From: Syntrophorhabdaceae bacterium
GTDB taxonomy: Bacteria; Desulfobacterota; Syntrophorhabdia; Syntrophorhabdales; Syntrophorhabdaceae
Assembly (NCBI GenBank): GCA_963666485.2
Contig: CAXXUO010000003.1
Location: forward strand, 224,001-288,000
Length of the DNA: 64,000 bases
Direction: 5' to 3'
Each line of letters starts with the position of its first letter. The first letter of the stretch is position 1. Below are positions 43,402-53,143 of this stretch, piece by piece. The translations under genes were made by a program, and so were the position numbers. Below the pieces are notes generated by a model, which saw only the letters and a list, made by a program, of their open reading frames with translations, was not told the DNA's origin and did no database searches.

Positions 43402-44372
43402 TTGCTTTTCGGTACCGTGTCCTTTTTAGGTGTTTCAGTGCTTCCAGCCGGTTTGACAGGTGTATCTTTCGACTCCGGTTTGGTGTCCTTAGCTTCCGGT
43501 TTTGCGTCCTTGCCCTCAGGCTTCACAGGTGCCTGTTCTTTTAACAATGCTTCGTTGATCGTAATTTTCGAGCCTTTTTTCAGGTCATCGATATATTTAT
43601 CAAGAACTTCTTTTTGCTTTTCCTGGATCAGCTGCTGTTTTATAAATTCCTTCACTTCCGCAAAAGGGACATATTGCGGGGGCTTGATGCCCTCGAGCCG
43701 TATGATATGGTACCCGAACTGGGTCTTTGTTATCGGACTCACCTGACCTACTTTTGTCAGCTTAAATGCTGCGGCCTCGTATTCCGGCAGAAGTGTGCCC
43801 TTCGGGTGGAACCCCACCTCGCCGCCGGTGACCTTCGCATTCGGGTCGATGGAGTATCTCTTCGCCAGTTCACTGAAATCTTCCCCGGCCGCGAGCTTTT
43901 CCTTCACCTGTTTTGCCTCTTCTTCCGATTTCAGGAGAATATGGCGTGTATTGATCTCCCGTTCTTTCCGGAATTTTTCCTTGTTCGCATCGTAGTATTT
44001 CTGGAGATTTTCGTCGGTCATATTCAAACTCGACGACAATTTTTTCTTCAGGAGTGATTCAATTATGAGCTGCTCTTTGATGTCTGCAAGCCTGTTCTGG
44101 AAGTCCTTGTCCTGCTCGATGTTTGCCTTTTCGGCTTCTTTCATGAGGAGCTTCTTGATGATGAGCCGGTCGAGAAAACTCTTTTTGCCGCTTTCGGTCG
44201 CAACCACCATCTTCATGTTCATCGGGATCTTGTCGAGTTCCTTGTTGAAGTCGCTCATGGTGATCTTGTCGTCATTGATGGTGACAAGCACCTTGCTGTC
44301 GTCCTCCTTTTTGCAGCCGAAAAGCCCGGCGATCAGTAGCAGGCAGATCGTGCAGATCAAAGCATTTTTCAT
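43398..44372 (-). CDS. PpiC-type PPIase lipoprotein (PrsA-like)
   Basis: Lipobox LFGC, RHILL, FSELAKRYS.D, TQFGYHII. Confidence 0.92.
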   Translation of the reverse strand: MKNALICTICLLLIAGLFGCKKEDDSKVLVTINDDKITMSDFNKELDKIPMNMKMVVATESGKKSFLDRLIIKKLLMKEAEKANIEQDKDFQNRLADIKEQLIIESLLKKKLSSSLNMTDENLQKYYDANKEKFRKEREINTRHILLKSEEEAKQVKEKLAAGEDFSELAKRYSIDPNAKVTGGEVGFHPKGTLLPEYEAAAFKLTKVGQVSPITKTQFGYHIIRLEGIKPPQYVPFAEVKEFIKQQLIQEKQKEVLDKYIDDLKKGSKITINEALLKEQAPVKPEGKDAKPEAKDTKPESKDTPVKPAGSTETPKKDTVPKSK

Positions 44373-44485
44373 GTAACACCTCTTAAGCAATCCGGATTTT
44401 ATATCAACCTATCTCAGAATGTATTCCCGGCATATATGCCTGTGTGCTCAAGTAAATATGGATAGTCGATAAACGTTTTCTTATA

Positions 44486-47400
44486 TCACAGTGCCGTGAG
44501 TTCTATCAAGATATTTCTTATAAAATTCATAAGTTCGCCTTCACGAAGGTTGGTGTTTATCACGATCTGGCCTCCCGGGAGAAGCTTGATGTTCTTAGCC
44601 GGGTCCGTGGCCATGCCGAGGAGCTTCTGCATGTCAAGAGGGGTCTTCCCGGTGACATGCAAGGCTATCCGGTTTTTTACCTGTTCAACCTTGCGTATCC
44701 GTAAACGTATGAGCAGTGACTTGAGGGCTATCACCTCAAGAAGATTGACGAGCGGTTGAGGTATCGGGCCGTACCGGTCTTTGAACTCGTCCTGAAGGTC
44801 GCTGAGCTCGTCCTCGTGCCTTACGCGCGACAGGCGTTTGTACATGAGGAGCTTCTGCGTGGCGTCCTCGATGTAATTATCGGGTATAAACGCGTTGACG
44901 GGGATATTGATCTCCGTGGCCGCTTCTTCCTCGGGTGCGGTATCGCTCCCCGCATTTTTCATTTTATTGATCGTATCCTCGAGCATGTCGCAGTAAAGCT
45001 CGAAACCGATCAGGTTTACATTTCCCGACTGTTCCTTTCCGACAAGGTTCCCCGCGCCACGTATCTCGAGGTCGTAGTTGGCGATCTTAAACCCTGATCC
45101 GAGGTCGCTCAACTCTTCCAGTATCTTGAGCCTCAGGCGGGCGTCGCGCGTCAATACCTCCTCATCGGGGACGAGCAGGTACGCATAGGCCTGCCGGGGG
45201 CTTCTGCCGACACGGCCGCGCAACTGGTACAGGTCGGCAAGCCCCATCCTGTGGGCGTTGTTGATAAATATCGTATTGACGTTCGATATGTCGAGGCCGG
45301 ACTCGATTATGTTCGTCGACAGCAGGATATCATATTTCTTTTCAATGAAATCGACCATGACCTTTTCTAGTCTCGGGCCGCTCATCTGGCCGTGAGCAAC
45401 GGCTATGCGTGCATCGGGGACGATGCGGACCAGGTGGTCGTAGATCACGCCTATATTATGGATGAAATTGTGCACGAAAAAAACCTGGCCTGACCTCTGA
45501 AGTTCATTCCTGATGCCGCGCATTACGACGTTATCGTTGAATTTGACGACGGTTGTGCGGACGGCGTGGCGGTCGAGAGGCGCCGTGTCGATGACGCTTA
45601 AGTCCCTGATGCCGGAGGTGGCCATGTAGAGCGTCCTCGGGATCGGGGTAGCGCTCATTGACAGGACGTCGACCGTCTTGCGAAGCGTTTTGAGCTTCTC
45701 TTTGTGTTTTACGCCGAAACGGTGTTCTTCATCGATAATGACAAGACCGAGGTCGCGGAACGAAACATCCTTCTGCAAAAGCCGGTGCGTCCCCACAATG
45801 ACATCGATCGACCCTTTCCCGACGAGCTCCACCGTGTCTGCCTGCTGCTGCCGGGTCCTGAAACGCGAGAGGACGCCGATCACTATGGGATAATCGGCGA
45901 AACGCTCACTGAAGGTTTTGTAGTGCTGCTGTGCGAGGACGGTCGTCGGGACGAGGACGGCGACCTGCTTCCCATCGAGAACGGCCTTGAATGCCGCCCT
46001 TAAGGCCACCTCTGTCTTCCCGAACCCCACATCGCCGCAGACGAGCCTGTCCATTGGCTTTGGATGCCTCAGATCGGTCAGGACGTCGTTTATCGCATTG
46101 ATCTGGCCCTCGGTCTCCTCGTATTCGAAGCGGGATTCCATTTCCCGGAAAAGCTCGTCTTCGGGCGGGTAGCTGTGGCCTTCGGACATCTGGCGCTCGG
46201 CATATATCTCGAGGAGTTCGTCGGCTATATCCTCTATCTGGCGCTTTACCCTTTTTTTCGTATTGATCCATAGCTTAGACCCCAGTCGGTCTATCTTGGG
46301 CTTGGATTTCTCGCTCCCGATGAACTTTTGAACGAGATGCAGGTCTTCCACAGGGACGTAGAGCTTGTCGCCCCCGAGGTATTCAATAAGGAGGAAATCT
46401 TTCGTGTAATTGTTCACCGTGAGAGCGGTAATGCCCTGGTAAATGCCGATTCCGTGATCGACATGCACAACCCTTTCGCCTGTGTCGAGATCGCGAAACG
46501 TGGCGAGAAATTCGTCCTGGCTCTCCCATCTCCTCCTGACAACCCGTTTTTTGGGGCCGGCTATATCGTCCTCGGTGAGCACGATAATGTCGTCCGTCCT
46601 GAAGCCGCGCCTGATGGGCCCCTCTATGATCCCCCATTCCCGTGTCTTTTTCGGGTACCCTATCTTTGTAAGATACGGCAGCACGAGACCATAGTTCTCG
46701 AATATCTCCTGCAGGCGCCTCGCCTGGTGGGCGGTGTTCGCAAACAGGTAAACAAAGGGGTAATGCGACCATTCCTTCTGCAGTTTTTCCCGGAGTATAT
46801 GAAAGATGTGGGTCTTCCGGGCGTTGAAGAGCTGGCGAAGGTCGTCATTTGAGACCGCCCTGACCGCTTTTTCTTCATCGCCCGCTCCGACTATGCCTGA
46901 AAAATCGATCTGGCCTGACCTGCCAAGAAGCTCGTTCCATCGCAGGGCAATCCGGGGGTCGGCATCCGTCAAGACCTCATCGATGCAGGACGTCCCCGGG
47001 TGCGCGAGCACGATCCGCTCATCGACGTAATCGATGATAGTTGCAGAGTCCTCGGAATCCTCATGCGTGAGGCTGCTCACGGCGATCTCATCGATCTCTT
47101 TGTCGGACCTTTGCGTTGCCGCGTTGAAATAGCGCAGCGAAAGTATCTGGTCCCCGAGGAATTCACACCGTACCGGTTTTTCCGATGCCGGGGGAAAGAT
47201 ATCGATAATGCTTCCGCGTTTTGCGTATTGCCCGGCCTCCCTGACGAGAGGGGCGAGTTCGAATCCCTTCGCCTCGAGGAACTCGTGAATCTCCTCGATA
47301 AAGATCTCCTGGCCGAGTGTGAGCTTCAGGGCATCGGCGGACATTGACCGGGGCACAGGCAGTGCGCGGGTGAGGGCGGCTGCCGGGAAAAGCCCGATGA

Positions 47401-47674
47401 AGTTCTCGTCGGCAGTTATCCGGTAGAGAAAACCGTTCCTTTTTACCCTGTCCTCTTCCTCGAAAAAACGATCTTCATACGGGGGGAAGAATGCGACGTC
47501 TGTGCTGCCGTAATACGATATCTCTTCGCGCAGCAGTTCGGCTGATTCCTCGTCTTCATAGAGTACGAGGATCTTTTTGCGAACGTGGGCTATAAGAAAG
47601 GAGACGAACGAGCCGCCTTTGCCGGTGATATAGAGGCATTGGCTCGGGGAAATGTCGTACGAAGGTCTATTCAC
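44486..47674 (-). CDS. mfd: Transcription-repair coupling factor
   Basis: CGDVGFGKTE, DEEHRFG, SATPIP, QLRGRVGR, TRCF tail. Confidence 0.97.
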   Translation of the reverse strand: MNRPSYDISPSQCLYITGKGGSFVSFLIAHVRKKILVLYEDEESAELLREEISYYGSTDVAFFPPYEDRFFEEEDRVKRNGFLYRITADENFIGLFPAAALTRALPVPRSMSADALKLTLGQEIFIEEIHEFLEAKGFELAPLVREAGQYAKRGSIIDIFPPASEKPVRCEFLGDQILSLRYFNAATQRSDKEIDEIAVSSLTHEDSEDSATIIDYVDERIVLAHPGTSCIDEVLTDADPRIALRWNELLGRSGQIDFSGIVGAGDEEKAVRAVSNDDLRQLFNARKTHIFHILREKLQKEWSHYPFVYLFANTAHQARRLQEIFENYGLVLPYLTKIGYPKKTREWGIIEGPIRRGFRTDDIIVLTEDDIAGPKKRVVRRRWESQDEFLATFRDLDTGERVVHVDHGIGIYQGITALTVNNYTKDFLLIEYLGGDKLYVPVEDLHLVQKFIGSEKSKPKIDRLGSKLWINTKKRVKRQIEDIADELLEIYAERQMSEGHSYPPEDELFREMESRFEYEETEGQINAINDVLTDLRHPKPMDRLVCGDVGFGKTEVALRAAFKAVLDGKQVAVLVPTTVLAQQHYKTFSERFADYPIVIGVLSRFRTRQQQADTVELVGKGSIDVIVGTHRLLQKDVSFRDLGLVIIDEEHRFGVKHKEKLKTLRKTVDVLSMSATPIPRTLYMATSGIRDLSVIDTAPLDRHAVRTTVVKFNDNVVMRGIRNELQRSGQVFFVHNFIHNIGVIYDHLVRIVPDARIAVAHGQMSGPRLEKVMVDFIEKKYDILLSTNIIESGLDISNVNTIFINNAHRMGLADLYQLRGRVGRSPRQAYAYLLVPDEEVLTRDARLRLKILEELSDLGSGFKIANYDLEIRGAGNLVGKEQSGNVNLIGFELYCDMLEDTINKMKNAGSDTAPEEEAATEINIPVNAFIPDNYIEDATQKLLMYKRLSRVRHEDELSDLQDEFKDRYGPIPQPLVNLLEVIALKSLLIRLRIRKVEQVKNRIALHVTGKTPLDMQKLLGMATDPAKNIKLLPGGQIVINTNLREGELMNFIRNILIELTAL

Positions 47675-47701
47675 GGATGGTCATACCACGGGTGCAGATG
47701 T

Positions 47702-48292
47702 TCAAGGATCGGGCAATATAACGATATTTTTGTGGTATTCGCGGAGCACCACGCCGGGGAAGCCGCGGGGCGAATTCATCTTTTCGGGCGGCAGCGCCCG
47801 GGTCTTCCCGGGCCCTATATTATAGGCACGCAGTGCCGTCGTGACATCGTAGTAACGATGCACCAGTTCCGAGAAGACACGGACACCGATCTTTATGTTG
47901 GTGCCGGGATCATCGATGGTCTCGACCCCGTTCCATGTTATTCCCATATCCTGCGCCACGAATTTAGCGAAGGAGGGCTTGATCTGTAAAAGGCCGCGGG
48001 CACCCATCGACGACACAACATCATGCTGGAAGTTGGATTCTACCTTCATGAGGGCAAGAACGAGCCTGTAGTCGATCCCGTATTCACGCGAGGCGTTGTA
48101 TACCGTGCTGGAAATAGCGTTGAGATGCCTCGTTTCGATCTCTTCATTGCCGTTTCTGACATGTGCGGCTATATGGTGCCTGATGTTTCGTTGTTTCTCA
48201 AAGCCGGAGTAAAGAGCCAGTACCGGGATGCTAAGACAGATCAAGGCCATTGTCAGGAACGCGGCGAAACGCGCCTTGTACCAGGAAATCAT
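47702..48292 (-). CDS. Lytic transglycosylase (SLT domain)
   Basis: VESNF, SSMGARGLLQI, AYNIGP. Confidence 0.92.
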   Translation of the reverse strand: MISWYKARFAAFLTMALICLSIPVLALYSGFEKQRNIRHHIAAHVRNGNEEIETRHLNAISSTVYNASREYGIDYRLVLALMKVESNFQHDVVSSMGARGLLQIKPSFAKFVAQDMGITWNGVETIDDPGTNIKIGVRVFSELVHRYYDVTTALRAYNIGPGKTRALPPEKMNSPRGFPGVVLREYHKNIVILPDP

Positions 48293-48333
48293 AACTATTT
48301 CATATACAACAGATATTCGGGCCGTGTCAAACG

Positions 48334-48596
48334 GATGGGCGATAGGCTATGGGCAATAGGGGGGAACCACAACCCTTATTCCCGGCACCCATTAATAATT
48401 TCTGTCTTTTCTGTGGCCTATCGCCCATAGCCTATCGCCCATAGCCTATCGCCCATAGCCTATCGCCCATAGCCTATCGCCCATAGCCTATCGCCCATAG
48501 CCTATCGCCCATAGCCTATCGCCCATAGCCTATCGCCCATAGCCTATCGCCCATAGCCTATCGCCCATAGCCTATCGCCCATAGCCTATCGCCCAT
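48334..48596. repeat. ~13x 14-mer GCCTATCGCCCATA (48416-48596) with a two-unit inverted arm (48334-48360)
   Basis: Direct reading; the unit is two related heptamers. Confidence 0.95.
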
Positions 48597-48602
48597 CTTC
48601 TA

Positions 48603-49040
48603 TTAACTTTTATAGAATGTTTTTCTCATGGTCAGCGTATTGATGGTACCCGAGGTTTCGTACGTGACCTCATCCATGACGGTATGCATGATGAAAAGCC
48701 CGAGCCCGTGGTCCGGGACGGTCTTGATATTGTGCGGGTCGAACGAGGGCCGTTCCGGAACGTACAGTGTCATTTGTTTTCCCGTGTCGCTTACCTTTAC
48801 GATGACCTCGTCCGTTGTATACGTAAAGGTGACATCCACGACATGGCCTTCCTCGCTCCCGTATGCATGCTGGATCGCGTTGTTTATCGCCTCCATGACG
48901 CACAATTCAAGATAATACGTATCGATATCGCTTAAGGCCAGGTATTTTGCCAATCCCCGGACCGTGAGCGATGCAACGGAGATGTTCTTGAATTTGCTGT
49001 CGATAAGCAGGCTTATCGTTTTCGGGGATTTCTCAGGCAT
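48603..49040 (-). CDS. Anti-sigma factor Ser kinase (RsbW-like)
   Basis: EAINNAIQHAY, VSDTG, GLGLFIM..VMDEV. Confidence 0.92.
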   Translation of the reverse strand: MPEKSPKTISLLIDSKFKNISVASLTVRGLAKYLALSDIDTYYLELCVMEAINNAIQHAYGSEEGHVVDVTFTYTTDEVIVKVSDTGKQMTLYVPERPSFDPHNIKTVPDHGLGLFIMHTVMDEVTYETSGTINTLTMRKTFYKS

Positions 49041-49380
49041 ATTTTTCGTTGAGCGCCTGCACCGCTTCGCTCTGCGTCGCAAAAATGGTGAATACCCGGT
49101 TCATTCTCGTGAGATTGAAAAGCCTCATGACGGTTTCCCGTATGCAGCATATGACAAGGTCCCCTTCACCGTCGATGGTCTTGAGCGACGATACCATGAC
49201 GCCGAGACCGCTCGAATCGATGAAGTCTACGTCGGAAAGGTCGAGCACAATGAGCTTGTTGCCCTGGTTGATCGAGTCAACCATGCGTCCCTTGAATTCA
49301 ACAGAGACCGAGGCGTCGATCCTGCTGAGCCGGGGAATGACCACCAGTACCTTGCCGATCTTTTTTTCCTCTAATTCCAT
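49033..49380 (-). CDS. STAS anti-anti-sigma factor (RsbV-like)
   Basis: LDLSDVDFIDSSGLG. Confidence 0.94.
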   Translation of the reverse strand: MELEEKKIGKVLVVIPRLSRIDASVSVEFKGRMVDSINQGNKLIVLDLSDVDFIDSSGLGVMVSSLKTIDGEGDLVICCIRETVMRLFNLTRMNRVFTIFATQSEAVQALNEKYA

Positions 49381-49391
49381 GAACTGTCCTC

Positions 49392-50612
49392 CTATCTCGC
49401 GCGGTATATCCGTGGTTTCTCTTTCGCGGTGCGAGTGCCATACTCAATGGCAATGATCGAAATGTCGTCCGGGAAAGGCCGTCCCCGCGAGAAATCGGTT
49501 ATCGAACCAACAATCCCGTCCAGAAGTTCGCTTATCCCCTTGTGCCTGACGGACCGCAATGCCGCGTAGAACCGTTCTTCACCGAACATGTCATCATCCG
49601 GGTCCTGGCAATCAAGGATACCGTCCGTGAACAATATGACGCGGTCACCTTTTTCGAGCAGTATTTCGCCCTCCTCGAACGGGACGATCCCTCCAAGGCC
49701 GATTATTGTACCGCCTTTGTCAAGTATTTCGATCTGACCGTTCTTGTGGACAAGGACCGGCGGTGGGTGGGCCGCATTGCTGTATGTGAGGGTGCCCGTC
49801 ACCGTGTCGATGACGAGATATATGATTGTAAAATATCTGCCGAACCGTTCGATCGGGTATTCCCGGTCGAGTGATTCCATAAGTGCACGGGGTGATACGA
49901 TCCGGTAGCCGGGAGGCTCAGGTATCCTTTCTTTCGTCAAACCGTTGCCGTCGGGCTTCAGCACCTGGGAAACGGAAACTGTTATGAGTGCGGCCGGGAC
50001 CCCGTGTCCCGCAACATCGATCATATAAATGCCCACGCGGTCCTCATCGAGACGCATGACATTGAAGATGTCCCCGCCGATCATGTGGCTCGGCATAAAC
50101 CTCCAGGCGAACACGAGATTCTCTATGTCGGGAATCTGGTGGGGCAAAAGGCTTTGCTGAATTCCTGAAGCTGCATTGAGGTCATCGTCGAGGACCTTTT
50201 GCTTCTCGGTTAGCACCTTGTTGGCACGCTTTAATTCACAGGTCAGCCTGCTGATCTTGAGCTGGTTGTCAATGCGGGCGACGACCTCGGTCTTGTCGAA
50301 GGGTTTTGTGATGTAGTCGTTGCCGCCGCACTCGAGGCCCCGGACCTTGTCGGCCACATCCGACCTGCCTGAAAGGAAAATAACAGGCGTGTCGTCGTCC
50401 GCATCCCGAATTGTTTTGCAGACGGTAAAACCGTCAATGCCCGGCATGATGATATCGAGCAGGATAAGGTCAGGTTTGAAAGTATCTTTTTTTGCGAGGG
50501 CATCCTCGCCGCTAACAGCTTCTTCGACCTCGAAACGGGACGATGGCAATGCGCGCCTGAGCAGCACGCGGACGTCCTTGCTGTCGTCGACGACAAGAAT
50601 CTTGCTTTTCAT
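49392..50612 (-). CDS. Receiver-PP2C (SpoIIE/RsbU-type) phosphatase
   Basis: REC plus GGDIF, DVAGHG, FTDG, DDISI. Confidence 0.94.
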   Translation of the reverse strand: MKSKILVVDDSKDVRVLLRRALPSSRFEVEEAVSGEDALAKKDTFKPDLILLDIIMPGIDGFTVCKTIRDADDDTPVIFLSGRSDVADKVRGLECGGNDYITKPFDKTEVVARIDNQLKISRLTCELKRANKVLTEKQKVLDDDLNAASGIQQSLLPHQIPDIENLVFAWRFMPSHMIGGDIFNVMRLDEDRVGIYMIDVAGHGVPAALITVSVSQVLKPDGNGLTKERIPEPPGYRIVSPRALMESLDREYPIERFGRYFTIIYLVIDTVTGTLTYSNAAHPPPVLVHKNGQIEILDKGGTIIGLGGIVPFEEGEILLEKGDRVILFTDGILDCQDPDDDMFGEERFYAALRSVRHKGISELLDGIVGSITDFSRGRPFPDDISIIAIEYGTRTAKEKPRIYRAR

Positions 50613-50711
50613 GTACTGGTATAATACAGCCGATGCTGCGCACATTCCAAGCATTTTTGTAATAGAAGAACAACCACGGCTTTATTTTTCATTGAGGACT
50701 GCCTGACGAAC

Positions 50712-51551
50712 GTGTATGATTCATCTGTGGCCGACCTCTCATACCAGGAACAAAGAAAGGAAAAAAGGTTCGATATACGTTCCGTTAACATGCCTTTTCT
50801 GGGCAGCAGAGACCCGGACCATTCCAGCTTTCAATACCTCATACTGGACATCAGCAAAAGCGGCATCGGGTTTGCGATCCCGAAATGGGTCGTCAACAGG
50901 GAGGGTCTGAGAAAGGGCGATACGATACACTTCAACCTGCCGATCTTTGTTCAGGGCTCATTTTATAAACAGGGGGACCTTCTCTGGACGAGATGGGACA
51001 ACGACATCGAGGCGCAGGTATGCGGAGCATCGCTTCTCAAAACTGTGGCGCCCCTGTATCCGATCTATATCTCGCTCGATGCCGACTCAGTTTCGATCAG
51101 CCTCGAGGACTTCGCCGTTAAGGAAGACAACCTTGTATACCGGGTCCTGAAGGACACCGCGTTCCTGAAAAAAGGGGTGGAGATCTATATCGGTCACCTC
51201 ATACCCTTTTTTTCGCGCATAGCCAAATACCCGCCCGAAGAGTATCCGGAGTTGAAAGGCTTCCTCTTTTCGGATATCCGGGAACGGGTGACCGGGCATT
51301 TTGAAAAGCTCGAAAACCTTTACATGACCATCAATGCCGAGAAGGCAACACTGGAAGACCTGCCAAAATATATCGATCTCGAAGACCTGCGGTCCATTAT
51401 CGATTCAGAGGTATCCATCGACGTTTTCAGGGCAGTGTTTGCCGATGAGAACATAATGCCGTATCTCAAGGCCATAAAGGACCTCGAGCAAAAGCTGTTC
51501 TATAACTATAATATTATCGTTCTGCTCTATCTTCATTCCCTGGAATTGTAA
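50712..51551 (+). CDS. PilZ-domain protein with helical C-terminus
   Basis: RKEKR (RxxxR) and DISKSG (DxSxxG) c-di-GMP motifs. Confidence 0.8.
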   Translation: MYDSSVADLSYQEQRKEKRFDIRSVNMPFLGSRDPDHSSFQYLILDISKSGIGFAIPKWVVNREGLRKGDTIHFNLPIFVQGSFYKQGDLLWTRWDNDIEAQVCGASLLKTVAPLYPIYISLDADSVSISLEDFAVKEDNLVYRVLKDTAFLKKGVEIYIGHLIPFFSRIAKYPPEEYPELKGFLFSDIRERVTGHFEKLENLYMTINAEKATLEDLPKYIDLEDLRSIIDSEVSIDVFRAVFADENIMPYLKAIKDLEQKLFYNYNIIVLLYLHSLEL

Positions 51552-51710
51552 GGCGTAAGGCTTCTTGTACGATTCACCTGTCAAGAATTTTTAAAAAAGG
51601 CCGGATATCTCCCGAGATACCTGACGTTAACAAAGGCCGTCATTCCGGCTTGCCGGAATCCAGTGTCTTTGTCTTTTAACGTCTTACGCCTTACGCCCTC
51701 ACGCCTTACG
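51552..51710. repeat. CGTAAGG/CCTTACG heptamer arms around a GTCATTCCGG..CCGGAATCCAGTGTCTTT palindrome
   Basis: Between convergent stops 51551 and 51715. Confidence 0.75.
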
Positions 51711-51714
51711 ATAT

Positions 51715-52020
51715 TTATTCGTATACGATCTCGACGCGGGAGACGTAATCGGCCAGATCGCCGGCATGTACGAGGATAGCTGCCGCATCCTGGTTTTTTG
51801 CGGACTCCTCGATCATTCTGCCGATCTCCGTGATCCGGTCAAAGCCGTAGCCCCCGCCGCTGCCTTTCATGCTGTGGCCGAGGATCTTGATCTTGTCGAA
51901 ATCCCCCGCATCGCAGGCGTCTCTGATAGCGGAAACGTCTTCCTGCCTTCGCTCCAAGTAACCGGGTATGAGATCCTCCAGGTCCCTGTCGATCTTGACG
52001 GTGATGCGTTTCTCTTCCAT
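51715..52020 (-). CDS. Stand-alone Hpt phosphotransfer protein
   Basis: GHSMKGSGGGYGF. Confidence 0.92.
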   Translation of the reverse strand: MEEKRITVKIDRDLEDLIPGYLERRQEDVSAIRDACDAGDFDKIKILGHSMKGSGGGYGFDRITEIGRMIEESAKNQDAAAILVHAGDLADYVSRVEIVYE

Positions 52021-52093
52021 ACCGATCCCTCGCTTAGTCGTTCTTGAACATATGCCGGGATCGCGGGCAGCAATGCCCGGGGCCCGTGCATAC

Positions 52094-53143
52094 CTAGCGG
52101 CCTGTGTTTTTGCCCGTCTTAGGACAGGCTCCGGAAAGTTTACGGGCATTGCGGATCACACTGACATACTCCTTATCCGTGCCCGACCCGATCCGCCAGT
52201 CTATCTCCTTGTTTGACTCGAACCAGGCGATGCCGCCTATGCCGAGTCCGGGCGCCTGACGGACAGCCTCAGCGATCCACTCCTTTTTATTGCCCCCTGC
52301 CGTCGCTGTGGACGTTTCGAAAACCATAACAGGCTTCGCTCTACCGCCACTCAGTTTCTTGAGCTCAGCTGCAGGCCGTGCAAATATGTCCGTGAAAGAC
52401 ATCCACCTGCTGTCCCATCCATGGGTCTGTTTTTTTTGCGTCGTCCCCCAGTTGTAGCCGTCGACCCCCAGCACGTCGACGTACTTATCACCCGGATAGT
52501 ACCGGGATATCGTGTTCCACCCGGCCGTGGCATCGAAGGATGTGTTAGGGACGCTCTCCGCGTTGGGGCAGAACACCCAGAGCACATTGCTCGCCCCCGC
52601 CCGCCTGAAAAGGTCTACGACATATCGGTGCATTTTCTGGTAAATGACGGGGCTTTCAGGCCCGTACTCTTTCTCCGCCGTGCCCCAGTGATATCTCTTG
52701 AGGTTCATTTCATGGGCGAAGCGTATCATAACGGGTTTTTTGGAAGCCTTCGCGCCGTTCGCAAAACGGAGGATGTAATCGTCATAACGGCCGCCAAGGA
52801 GCGCCTTGTGCGAGACGGCGACCTCTCTTCCGTCCTTGATATACATCGGCTCCCAGGTAATGACCGGTGTAGCTCCGGTTGCCGAGATCACGGCCGCGCT
52901 TTCGGCCGGGAACTGTCCGGAGGCTTGAGCGTCCGGCGCAGGCCATTGGAGGAAAAATACGACCATGTCCGGACTAAGCCCCGTGGAGGATTCAACAGCG
53001 TTGAGCCGGGCCTGTGTAACCGGGTATCCGTCTATGGCAAAGCCCCACGCGAAGGATTTAGGCCCGGCAGTCAGCGCGGCGGGGAAGATTGTCGCCGCCA
53101 GAAGGAAAATACTGAAGATGCCGAGCGCCCTGTAGACGGTCAT
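52094..53143 (-). CDS. Exported GH26 glycoside hydrolase
   Basis: ITWEP, IRFAHEMN (acid/base), YYPGDKYVDVLGVDGYN, VFET (nucleophile). Confidence 0.9.
   Translation of the reverse strand: MTVYRALGIFSIFLLAATIFPAALTAGPKSFAWGFAIDGYPVTQARLNAVESSTGLSPDMVVFFLQWPAPDAQASGQFPAESAAVISATGATPVITWEPMYIKDGREVAVSHKALLGGRYDDYILRFANGAKASKKPVMIRFAHEMNLKRYHWGTAEKEYGPESPVIYQKMHRYVVDLFRRAGASNVLWVFCPNAESVPNTSFDATAGWNTISRYYPGDKYVDVLGVDGYNWGTTQKKQTHGWDSRWMSFTDIFARPAAELKKLSGGRAKPVMVFETSTATAGGNKKEWIAEAVRQAPGLGIGGIAWFESNKEIDWRIGSGTDKEYVSVIRNARKLSGACPKTGKNTGR

Noticed and set aside
48416..48596. Possible CRISPR or coding repeat
   Set aside because: Pure tandem repeat with no spacers and no credible ORF.
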